A stretch of DNA of 63,785 nucleotides, the filler included, from Ministeria vibrans ATCC 50519 (Eukaryota > Protista > Filasterea): assembly GCA_943704425.1 (NCBI GenBank). It is 4 parts of 4 records of this genome, joined end to end, with 100 filler letters (N's around TTAATTAATTAA, not from the genome) between each part and the next. Parts side by side here need not be neighbours in the genome. Positions count along the whole stretch, not along the records: positions 15,934 to 46,877 come from CALSCP010001730.1; 3 more parts are not named here. The stretch is one strand, 5' to 3'. The translations under genes were made by a program, and so were the position numbers. Numbering within the stretch: position 1 is the first letter of the stretch; the number at the start of each line of letters is the position of its first letter. The notes under the pieces were generated by a model. That model had not been told where the DNA came from. It was given only the letters and a program-made list of their open reading frames with translations, and ran no database searches. Below are positions 24,352 to 35,701 of this stretch, one piece after another.

Positions 24352-24569
24352 CGCTAAATCTAAATCTGATGAATAATTCTGATATTCCCAATCACTTTTG
24401 TTAGCCGAGTGTGTTACGGTCGAAAGGGGAAACAAAGGGGCGCGTGAAGACTGAAGAGTGTGCGATACGCCGAATACCGTCGACCAATCACAATTCCATT
24501 TCGCATCTTGTGAGTCTCACTGATCAGTTCGATTGGAAGTCACTCTTGATTGACACTCACCGCTGCTGC

Positions 24570-25660
24570 ATGAGCGCATCGCCACGACCTGACACGCCGC
24601 CGATGCTCCCTGTCCTGCCCCGCGTTGTCCTCGTGGCATGCGGTTGCTTCAACCCCCCCACCATTGCCCACATGCGAATGTTTGGTACGTCGCCACTTCA
24701 CCCACTGCCCTTTGGTCGACCAACCGCCCTTTCGCGGTCAAGCGCCTCTGACTCGACTGGGCCGCTTGCGACACGGCCAGCACCCACCATGTCTATGGAG
24801 GGAATGGCGGTGGCATGCGCCTTTGCCGTCGCGTCGCTCACTTTTCCCCTCTCTCTTTGTGTGTGTGTGTGTGTGTAGAACTTGCTCGCGATCATCTGCG
24901 CAATATGCGACTGGGCAACGTCGTAAAGGGCATCATTTCGCCTACAGGCGATGGATACACCAAACCGGGGCTGCTGTCGGCCAAGCATCGCCTTGAAATG
25001 TGTCGGGTAAGCACAAAGCAACCCGTGTCGTCATCTGACACTTGCACACCATTGCTTCTTTCTTTCTCTCTCTCTACCGTCCGTAAGATCTCGACGGATC
25101 ATCTGTCTTGGATGGAAACAGATACTTGGGAGGCAACTCAACCAACTTGGCAAACAACGCGGTTGGTTCTCAAGCATTTTGACGAGACTCTCAACAAAGA
25201 CAAACGTAAGCAGTGCACTTTTCATACGTTCATGTATAACAATATTATTATCATAATAATTATTATTGTAATTATTATGATTCTGCTTGGTTTAGCTGCG
25301 GAAGAAAAGGTGAAAGTGAAGCTTTTGTGCGGCGCGGATCTCATGGAGTCGTTTCAAAACCTGCAAGTGTGGAAGGAGGGGGACATTGAGAGAATCATCC
25401 AAGACCATGGGATTGTGTGTGTGAATCGCGGTGCCATTTCGGATGCCAATGTACTCATCCGCAAGCAACCGGTGCTTTTCCGCAACATGTGGAATATCAC
25501 AGTGCTCTCCGACTGGCTCCAGAGCGATATTTCCAGCACCCTGGTGCGTGCGGCAGCGCGTCGACACGATTCGGTGCGCCTTGTTGTGCCGCCTGGCGTC
25601 TCCGAGTACATCCTCGAGCACAGACTGTACGCAGACTCACCGCCACCGTCGCTTCTCTAA
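24570..25660 (+). CDS. NMNAT: Nicotinamide/nicotinate mononucleotide adenylyltransferase; 4 exons
   Basis: ACGCFNPPTIAHMRMF/ELARDHL, GIISPTGDGYTKPGL..AKHRLEMC, DTWEATQPTWQTT..VLKH, KLLCGADLMESF, ISSTLVR. Confidence 0.93.
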
Positions 25661-25819
25661 TAATCCGCCTCTACCCTATGCGCACACACATACACAATTT
25701 TATTTCACTTTTTTCTAACCGAATGGATTCGCTTAAACTGGGGCGTTCTTCTTTCTTTTATTGTATGTCTGTGACGTATTATCAGAGTAAATTGGTGTGT
25801 GTCTGTGAGTGAAAAGGAA

Positions 25820-28549
25820 CTATGCCTTGTTGGGAGAGGGGGCTGCAGGACGCGTGCTGATGATGTGGTTGACAATATCGCGCGTGTACTCCAAACGGCG
25901 CAGCAAATCGCGCTGTAATAATAAAAAAGAGCGGGAAGATTGTGAGATGACATTGCTGTTTCTCTTTCACTCGCGATGTGTGCTTACATTTGCGTTGGAC
26001 GGGTTGACTGAGCTGAGGCGGAGGGTAGAGACATCGCCGTGTTTGTCGATGAAGGTGACGGAGTCAGCGGGAACGGACAGGATGAGCTTGGTGTGATCGA
26101 CAAAATTAATCTGGATGATGCTGCTGGTGAGGCGGAAGACAATGGCGTCCTTGGTGCGCAACCAGCGCTTAACGTGGTTTTGAGGAGCCATGGTGCGCTG
26201 CTGATCGCCAGTGGCACTGCTGTGCTCGTCCAGCTTGGCGCCGCCCTTGAGCAGATGCTCGTTCATGTAGTTGCCAAAGTACTTGAGCAGCGTGATCTTT
26301 TTGCTGAGGTGAGCGGGGTACTCGCCAATGGTCATGGCACGCGTGCTTGTCGCACTGGCGCCCGTCGGTGTGGCAGGAGCACCTCCCTTGCCTGCGCTGT
26401 TGGCCCCTGTCCGCTCAATGTAGCGGATCGAGTCGCCGTCTGCGCCCAGAGCCATTTTGGAGGCATCGTTGAAAAGCACGCCAACAGAGCCATCGCTTAG
26501 TTGGTAGCCCAGACCGTACTGTAGAGAAAAGTGTGTGAGTATGAGTGAGTGGCGCGTGTGTTTGAGAGTGCTGTGTACCTTGTTGGAGTAATCGACCCAC
26601 TTGGTGACCCAGGTGAGGGAAGGGAGTGACTCAGGCACCACGTCGGAGGGGTGGTCGGGGACACTGGCAGCCGAGAGACGCTCGTTGAGGCGTGAGTAGA
26701 TGGCGTCAAGGGAGCCGCGGCGACGGGAGCCGCCTGGAGTGCGCTGAGTCGACTGTGGGGTGACCGCTGCGCCCATGGTGAGCCCGTCAGAGGTGGGTGC
26801 ACTGCCGTCTGCACAGGCAACGGGGGAGCATGTTGCGGGCGCAGACGCAACCGAGTCTTTGACCAAGCGGTCGACGCGAGTCTTGAGAGCACGACGGTGC
26901 TGCTGGTGGGGCTCAGCTGCTGCTGCTGTGGCGTGGGTGGATGCACGACTCGTCGTGGGCACCTGTGGCGGCGTGTTCTCGCAATCCTTTGTACCTGTAG
27001 CACTGGCAGGAGCCGCAGTCTTTTTGGCGGCTGTGACACTGGAACTGGTGGTGGATTGGACCGAGGTAAGGGGTGCGCGCACTTTGAAGGTGGGCGCTTG
27101 GAAGAGTGCCGAGTCGGGTAGGCCGGACGGGATGCGCGACATGTGGAGAAACGGATGTGTATGGATCTCATCGAGGGAAGGACGCGCCGAGGGCTCGTGG
27201 CTGAGCATGCGTGCAATGAGGTCCTGAGCCTCTTTGCTGATGGGCACGCGGGTGGGCATTTCGTAGTCATTGTCGCGGATTTTGCGGTACGTTGTCTTGA
27301 CTGACTTTGTCTCAAATGGTGGCTTGCCCGTCAACAGTGTGTACAACACAACGCCCATGGCCCAAATGTCGACCTCAAAGCTGTGACCATGACAGTTGTC
27401 GATGATCTCGGGTGCCATGTAGTTGGGTGTGCCGCAGAGAGTGCGCCGGCGCTCCTCCGCCACGTCCAGCTTGGTCGCCAGCCCAAAGTCGCCCAGTTTC
27501 AGGTGCATGTTGCCGTCGAGGAACAGGTTGCCCAGTTTCAAGTCACGGTGGATAATGTTATGCTTGTGCAAGTGTGTCACGGCGTCCAGCATCTATACAA
27601 GGCAATGACAGTGAGCAAACTAATTCATTCTTGTGTCATTTTTAGCTTTCGTACCTGAAGGGTAAAGTATGCGGCCTCAGGTTCTGTCAGTCTTCGACGA
27701 CGCTTCATCAACTCCATCAAGGACTGTGTTTAAAATGAATAGAATGGGTGTGGTCGTTGTGAGATGACGTTCCATTTCTCTCCGGCGTACCTTGTGTTTG
27801 CAAATTTCGAGAATCATGTAGACGTTTTCCTTGTCCTCAAAGAAGTGGTGGAAGCCCACAATGTGACGGTGTCGCAGAGCACGGTGGATGCGAATCTCAC
27901 TCGCCAGCTAAGGGACGAAATAAACAAATCGTGTGAGAAAAACGGCCGACCGACGACAAACGATGAGTCGCCCAAAAATATGTTTTTTTGGGAACAATTC
28001 AAAATGGGAGAGAGAAACTGATACACGCAAAGTGAGCATAACACTTAAGAGTGCATTTTGAGTGTCATTGGGCACAAATACAGTCAAACACGCCGTAGGT
28101 TGATGAAATATAACCCTTTTTTAATTTAGTGACGATTTTTTTTTTCGTCGCGTTTGTTTGCGCGAACTTGAGCGACGCGAAATGGAGCGTTCGTTCTCGC
28201 CATGTGATTTATGCAAGGGATTTAAATGTAACGTAATGCAGGCGAGGCCATTTGGCGGCCGACTCACCTTGTCTTTGGCACTTTGCTTTTTCAAGGAGCT
28301 TTTGCGAACAATCTTGCCAGCAAGCAATTTGCCCGTGTCGACGTCGAAGAGCTCGTAGCACTCGGCGAAGCCACCGGTGCCAAGGAGAGCCCCGCGACGG
28401 TACGTTTTGCCGCTCGTTGGGTCGACGAGGAGCGTGGGCAAAGGGGCCTTTTCGTCGGTTGACGCCTTCTTGTTTGTCGCGACCGACACAGGCGCCATGG
28501 CCTTTTTCAGCTCGGCGGGGAGCGGTCTATGGGCTACTGTGTGTGACAT
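25820..28549 (-). CDS. PLK1: Polo-like kinase (PLK1-like); multi-exon
   Basis: LGTGGFAECYE..AGKIV, IIHRDLKLGNLFL, DFGLAT, TLCGTPNYMAPE. Polo boxes: WVTKWVDYSNK/YGLGYQLSDGSVGVLFND, KKITLLKYFGNYMNEHL, QINFVDHTKLIL. Confidence 0.93.
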
Positions 28550-28610
28550 GATGGTGCTGAAGTAGGAAATACAGGGCAAACAGTCGATTTTAGGTTTTGG
28601 CAAACAATCC

Positions 28611-28645
<35 letters not shown>

Positions 28646-28657
28646 GATTGGTATTAC

Positions 28658-31604
28658 ATCGTTGATAACATAGACAACGCCATTCGTGACAGAAAGGTCG
28701 GCGGCGGCGACGGGCATACCGTTGACGGCAAAGGAGTCAAGGGTGGTGGGATCGCCACTGACGGTCAGTGACTCGTCGTTATTGCGCGTGAGCAGTTGCT
28801 GGCCCTGAAGCATACCAGCAGTGTAAACGGTGCCCTGTGCTGCGGTGAGCAGCGTGTATTGGCAGACACGACGCAACCGCTCCTTCTCGCTTGTGATGAG
28901 ATTGAGCGTGGCGTTGGGCAGCTTGGCCCAGGCGTCATTGGCAATGGCAAACACCGTGACCGGTTTGGTGTCCTCCAGCACCGTCAACAGGTCCGTCTGC
29001 GTGAGGTAGTCGACATAGATGGAAAAATTTGCGGGCTGTGCCTGCAAAAGGGCGGCCGCGGTCTGCGACGCGGCAAAGGGCACGCCCGAAAGGGTGTGAA
29101 GGATGCCGTTGGAGGCCATCTGGCCGGTGGGCGATACGACTGTCATGCCCTGGACGGTGGTGGCACCCGTGGTCGCCGGGTACTTGTTGATGCGCATGGA
29201 CGTGCCGGTCGTCGACGTCTCCAACAGCTGGTCGTTGGCGAGCGAGGCGAGCGTATGAAAGCCATCGAGCTGCAGCAGGAAGCCCATGTGAGCACTGAGT
29301 TGCGTCGGGTCGTCGTACCACGACTGTAGTTCGCCCTCGGGGAGCGCCGCAAACGCCGCGTCGTTGGGCGCCCACAATGTCATGTTTCCGCCGAGCGTGT
29401 CCAGCTGCTGTCCCAGTGCGGGGTCGGTAGTCTTTTCGAGGGCCGTATTGAGTGTGAGTAGGTCACCATTGGTGGCGGCGGTGTACGACGAGAGCGTGAA
29501 GAGGTCATCGGGAAGCGGCACCGAGTCGACAAGGTGCACAACACCATTGGTAGTGCTCACGTCGGCAAACACAATGCGAGCGCCGTCAATGCCATAGGTG
29601 GCGGTGGTGGGCTCGGCTGATAGCGTAAACGACGTCTGTCGATTCTGACTGGCAACCGTCTGACCATTGGCAAAGCCGGCGGTGTAAAGGGTGCCCACAC
29701 TGGCTTGGGCCATGCCGTAGCGGAGCACGCGCTGGAGGCGGTCCTGGTCGGCGTTCAAGGCGGCCATTAGGGTCGCGTCGACAGCCGCCCATGCCTCATC
29801 GGTGGGAATAAAGAAGGTGACGGGCTTGTCGGTCGACGAGTAGGTGTCGGTGAGGTCTGCCTGGCCAATGAGCTGTGCACTTGTGGCTGTCGACCAGTTG
29901 CCAACGGGCGTGCCCGCCGAGACCACGTCAAAGGCGGTGCCTGTAGACGCAACGACGAGCTGATTGACCTGAAGGAGCGCACCGTTGCTCGTGGCCTGCA
30001 CCGACAACAACGACGAATCAAGGTCGCTGACAATGACAGTGCCCTGAACGGTGTACACGGAGTCAGCATAGACGTTGGTGCGCAGCGAGACGTCTGGTTG
30101 GACGGTGGGCAGAACAGCGTCGTTGGTGATGGTGGTGGTGGAGAGGACCACGTCGGGAAGGAGGTAGGCATTGAGGAAGGCGGTCATGGCGGAGGCACTG
30201 CCAAAGAGGGTATTGCGCTGATCGGTCGACATAAGGGCCCAACCGGCATTGGAGAGCGCCAGGAAGGTCTGGTCGGCAGAGAGGGCGTCGAGGGCGTTGT
30301 TGACGGTCGGGGCGACGGCAAGGGCGGCGTCGAGAGTTGAGAAGTGTGCTGGGTCGGCAGCGAGCACGGCCGAGACGGTGTCGAGGTTGGGCGGGATCAT
30401 GACACCCTTAAGTGCGTTGAGAACGCCATTGGTGCACGCCTTGTCCTTGAAGAAGAACTCGACGTTTTCGACCATGAGGGTGCCGCCGCTGCCGGTCCCT
30501 GTGATGGTGAGAGGCAGCGCAAAGTTCTGTGAGACGACCTCGCTGCCGTCGGAAAAGGACGCAGAGTAGAGCGAGCCGTCAGCGGGTGTGGCGAGATGGT
30601 AGAGAAGAATGCGACGGAGCGTACTCGGCTCGGTGGCAATGCGGTTCTTGAGGCTTGGGCTGAGATTCGACCAGGCATTGTTAGTGGGCAGGTAGACGGT
30701 GAGGGGACTGTCGACGGCGCGCTCGAGCAGTCCCGTCAGGTTCATTTGGGCAAGGTAGCTAAGCGACGTGTTGAGATGAACGGCCTGAGCGCTCTCGAGG
30801 AGCGTCTGTGTGACGGGGGGCAGCAGCTGGCCGATGCCGTAGACGTCGCCATTGATGGCGCTCGTGGCGAACGACAGGATCTGGCCGTCGCCGGTGAAGA
30901 CGGTGCGCTCCTTGTACACATTGATGCGAATGTAGTGACCGGTAAGGCGGGTCGGGTAGAGGGCATCGTTGACAAAGTCGCGCACGTCAATGCGGCTCAG
31001 CAAGATCTGGTAGTTGAGGATGTTGGTGAGGCGGGGAATGTCCGACTCGAGCGCGGTGCGCTCCTCGGGCGACAGGTTCACAAACCAGGGGTTGGTACAC
31101 GAGATCATGGTCAAGGGGGCGCCCGTCTTGTTCAGCGGGGTTTGCAGCAGGTGGGCAAGCTGCAGTTCGCCGGCGAGTTCGGTGAAGGCTCCGCCAGGGG
31201 TCACGAGGAACTGTGCGATGGTCTCGTCGACGCTTGTTTCGGTGGCGGACGCTTGCGGCTCGACTGCCGTCTCCGTAGGCACGCCGGGTACGACCGAGGT
31301 CTCCTCGGGAGGCGTAGGCAGCTTGGTCGTCGCCTGGGGAGGCGTCACAGCGGAAGAGTCGACAACCGCAAGGGACGTCGCTGCTTCAGTTGGCGCCACA
31401 GGCGCATCTGTGGACGGCTCGGCGGGAAGTTGAGAGGGGAGCTCGGTGGGGAGCTCGGTGGGTGCGCCAGTGGCACCTAAGCTCAGCGTGGATTCTTGAG
31501 CTGAAAAAGTTGGACGAGTTGAGAGAGAATGAGTCTCATGAAAAGACAATAAGAATACCGAGGGAGCCGGTCGTTGCAAGCAAAAGCAGGAACAAGAGGC
31601 GCAT
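28658..31604 (-). CDS. N-terminal exons of a large multi-FAS1 protein: signal peptide, Thr/Pro mucin-like stalk, about 6 FAS1 domains
   Basis: Exon 1 MRLLFLLLLATTGSL, intron 31501-31558. Repeated TVYLPTNNAW, TFFIPTDEAW, TLWAPNDAAF, TVFAIANDAW and NGVVHLVDSV / NGVVYVIND motifs. Strong donor GTAATA at 28657. Confidence 0.88.
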
Positions 31605-31951
31605 GATATCAAGTTGAGGGAGGGAGAATAATAATAATAATAAAATTTTTATTATAATCATTTTTATTATTATTATAATATTATTATTCATTAGAATATT
31701 ATCATAATATTATTTTGAATGAGATCAAACTGACTCTCCTTCTCACACACTCTTCGAGTCCATTGGCTTAGCGCTGGCAGAAACGTGTGAGTCTCTGTGT
31801 AGTCTGACGCCGCAACTTGCAAGATGTGAAGAGTGATAAGAGTACAAGGAATCACACACGAAATCACGTTCAGTGATCAGTCATGTAGTCACTCAATAGT
31901 CAACACATTCTGAACAGTCGGCCAACGGGCAGTGTGTTTTATTTTCTTAAG

Positions 31952-32175
31952 ATGTCGACTGAAGTAGACAAGTAAGACGTGATCCCGAGTGTGTGGTGTC
32001 GTTCCTGTCGCGTCTGCTGTGCCAGACAAGAGGAAATATATATAATATAAAAAAATCGCTCGAAATTGTGCTTGTGACTTTGCGTCCTTGTGCTTCCGAC
32101 GTGTGTGGGTGTGGGCTTTAAAGCGGTTCTGATGCCCGTGGTTGCTCTACGACAGGCGTATCAATCTTCTCGCGT

Positions 32176-32213
<38 letters not shown>

Positions 32214-34058
32214 ATCCGTCACATTGTGGTGTAGGAGCCCACATTTGATGCCTCAGAATGCTGAGACAGTCGACATAACCAAGCTGAACCCCCTGACTCC
32301 TGAAGTGATTAGTCGGTAAGTGAGAGAGAGAGCGAAGGAAAAGCGAAAAAGCCATTTTGTGGATTGTGGAACGTGTTCCAGTGTCTATACGTGCGTGTGG
32401 CGCCATGTATGTGTCTGCTGTCATGGTGTGATGTTGTGCGTGGCGAAAGACCGCGCAAAGAAGACGCGCCTGTTGTGGATGGCGCTTGTTTGACTCGTTC
32501 TGAATGATTTTCTTTCTTCGTCTCACTGTGGGCAGACAAGCGACGATTAACATTGGCACGATTGGCCATGTGGCGCACGGCAAAAGCACCGTGGTCAAGG
32601 CGATCTCGGGAGTACAGACGGTTCGATTCAAGAACGAGCTGGTGCGCAACATCACCATCAAGCTGGGCTATGCCAATGCCAAGGTGTACAAGTGCGACGA
32701 CCCCAACGCCGTCCGTCCCAACTGCTACACCTCGGCTCGCTCCAGCAAGGAAGATACTTTTCCCTGCGAACAGCCTGGCTGCTGCAACGGCCGTGGTCGC
32801 ATGAAGCTCCTCAGGTATGTTAATGCAATTGGCACTATATAATTATAATTATTATATTTTTATGTCTTTTAATATTTTTTTTTGTTTTTTGTTTCTGCAG
32901 ACACGTTTCCTTTGTGGACTGTCCCGGTCACGACATTCTGATGGCAACCATGCTGAACGGCGCGGCGGTGATGGACGCGGCCATGCTGCTGATTGCCGGC
33001 AATGAATCGTGTCCGCAGCCGCAGACGAGCGAGCATTTGGCGGCCATTGAAATTATGAAGCTGCGCCATCTCATTATTCTGCAGAACAAGATTGATTTGG
33101 TGCGCGAGGAGCAGGCCAAGGAGCAGTACCAACAGGTGAGTAACAATTAGATATAATGATATTATATTTATTTATATTCACGTCTCCCTGTCTAAATTGT
33201 GTCCGTGTGTGTATGTGTGCCACTGAAACTTTCTTTTGCAGATTGTCAAATTTGTCGAAGGGACAGTCGCAGAGGGTGCACCGATTATTCCGATTTCGGC
33301 GCAGCTCAAGTACAATGTGGAGGCGGTGTGCGAGTACATTGTCAAGCGGATTCCCATTCCCAAGCGCAACTTCACAGATGCGCCGCGACTGATTGTGATC
33401 CGGTCATTTGACGTGAACAAGCCCGGGTGCGAGGTGGACGACCTCAAGGGGGGCGTTGCAGGCGGGTCTATTCTGCGCGGCGTGCTGAAGGTGGGTCAGG
33501 AGATTGAGGTGCGCCCCGGCATTGTCAGCAAGGACGGCGAGGGTCGCCTCAAGTGCACTCCCATCTTCAGCAGAATACTCTCTCTCAACTCGGAGCAGAA
33601 CTCGCTGCAGTACGCCGTTCCCGGTGGCCTCATTGGTAAGAGAGACAGTGTGTGGTCTGTGGTGCACTGACGATGAGTGCGTTCTTAGGCGTCGGCACCA
33701 AGATTGACCCGACTCTGTGCCGCGGAGATCGTCTGGTGGGCCAGGTGTTGGGGAGTGTGGGCAACCTGCCGGGCATCTTCACCGAGCTGGAGATCAGCTA
33801 CTTCCTTTTGCGCAGACTGCTGGGCGTGCGTGCCGAAGGCGACAAGAAGCAGGCCAAGGTGACCAAGCTGGCCAAGGGCGAGGTTCTCATGCTTAACATC
33901 GGCTCTCTCTCCACCGGCGGCCGCGTCCTTGCCGTCAGGGCCGATCTGGCCAAGATTGCCTTGACCCAGCCTGTGTAAGCAATCGTGTATATGGGTGTTG
34001 TTGATATGTGCGTGTTTTTGTACGTGTATGTATGTGCGTGTTTTTGTATGTGTATGTA

Positions 34059-34089
<31 letters not shown>

Positions 34090-34317
34090 TTGTCTCTTTG
34101 TGTTTGTCTTTTTGTGTTTGTCTTTTTGTGTTTGTCTTTTTGTGTTTGTCTTTGTGGTCTTTGTGGTGTGCGTCTGCTCATTCTTCTCTCTTTTTGTAGG
34201 TGCACTGAGGTGCAGGAGAAGATTGCGTTATCGCGTCGTGTAGAAAAGCATTGGCGTCTCATTGGGTGGGGCGAAATCCGCAAGGGTGTTGCCATCGAGA
34301 CCCCCGGACGAGAGTGA
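31952..34317 (+). CDS. EIF2S3: Eukaryotic translation initiation factor 2 gamma; multi-exon
   Basis: [87 protein letters not shown]. Confidence 0.97.
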
Positions 34318-34384
34318 AAAGGACAAAAAAGAACTGAACCCAATGAAAATTATGATTAATTAAATCAACATTAATTTTGTTTTC

Positions 34385-35646
34385 ATGACTACCGCGCAAG
34401 ATGTGTTTATGCAAGCGTTCAAGAGACACAAGACAAATGCTGAAGGGGTAGTCGGTGCGTTTGGTATGGTCAAACACGAAAAGGGGATGCACAGGCGGAA
34501 TGACACACACTCTCGTCAGACGACGATGCGTTGAGAAGCGTCCAGCTCAAGTGTCGCGCCGAGGACTCTCCTGTGGTTCGTTGCGATGGCGAAATGGGCA
34601 ATATGGCCCCGTGCATGACCCCTGTTCTTGGTGTAGTGTGACATGTCAGGCTGTTCGGCCTTTCAAATTGCCGATTGGGAAGGTACTCCCCACTGACACT
34701 GTCAGGGTGATTCGTGTTTGATTTTCTCCCTCCACATCTCAGGCGCCTACGTGCTACGCGGCGCCCTCTCCCCGACCGACCAGGCTCGATTCTTTCTACG
34801 TGCCCTTCAGGAGTACCCCCGTGCTCCGAATGTCAGTAACTTGGATGCGTCGCGTGGCCAACCGCTGCCTGAGACGAGTCTCTTTGAAGACACCCACTCT
34901 CGGAAGAGGGATTCCCTGTTGACGTTNNNNNNNNNNAGTAGACTTTTCATTTAATTAATAAAATAATAAAATTAATATCCCTTCTCATGTTTTGTATTGC
35001 AGAGCGTTTTCCATCGGCGCAAACTTCGCTGGGTGACACTAGGGTACCACTACGACTGGACTCACAAGGTGTACAATCAAGAATTGTACTCGGCCTTTCC
35101 GGAGGCTCTCGAGCAAACCTGCTCGGTGATATCGGCATCGCTGGGCTACGCACGAGGCGCTCGGCCATTTGATGCAGCTATTGTAAACTACTACCGCGCC
35201 GGGAACACTCTGAGTGGGCACACAGACCACTCTGAAGTGGATTTAACCGCGCCACTCGTGTCCATAAGTCTTGGTTGCGACGCAGTATTTCTTCTGGGCG
35301 GTCTCACCAAAGATGTCGAACCTAAGGTGAGCCAAAAACAACAAAAGAAAAAAACGCTCGACTGTCTCAACTCTCACGTCAACAATGAACAATCTAATGT
35401 GCATGTTTACCAAAGGCGTTTGTGCTGCACAGTGGCGATGCAGTGGTGATGGCGGGAGAGTCGCGTTTGCGCTACCACGCTGTACCGTGTGTGCTCAGGG
35501 AAGGTGCAACGGCAACGACAACAACGACGACAACAACACCCCTTCTTGACGCGATTGCTGTTGCTGCACCACACCTTGTGGACATTGCGCGCGGCCTTCG
35601 CGTCAACATTAATGCTCGTCATGTCGGATGGACCGCGAAGGAATGA
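34385..35646 (+). CDS. ALKBH1: AlkB-family 2OG-Fe(II) dioxygenase, ALKBH1-like; multi-exon, small N gap
   Basis: KLRWVTLGYHYDW..KVY, AAIVNYY..TLSGHTDHSE..APLVSISLGCDAVFLLGGLTKD, LHSGDAVVMAGESRLRYHAVP, RVNINARHV. Confidence 0.9.
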
Positions 35647-35701
35647 GTGAGGGTGTTTACTCGCAATGTATAGTCTAATGTAGGATTGTGTATTCATATG
35701 A

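Noticed and set aside
24815-25660. Stop-free introns of length 3n in NMNAT (81, 90 nt), Myc (108 nt) and ENT (81 nt) as a regulated retention system
   Set aside because: Expected by chance among many short introns, and the ORF track preferentially shows such cases.
28121-31612. Apparent 1163-aa FAS1-polo kinase fusion ORF
   Set aside because: It reads through a strong splice donor (28657) and a poly-A run. PLK has its own ATG at 28549 and the FAS1 gene has a matching downstream exon.
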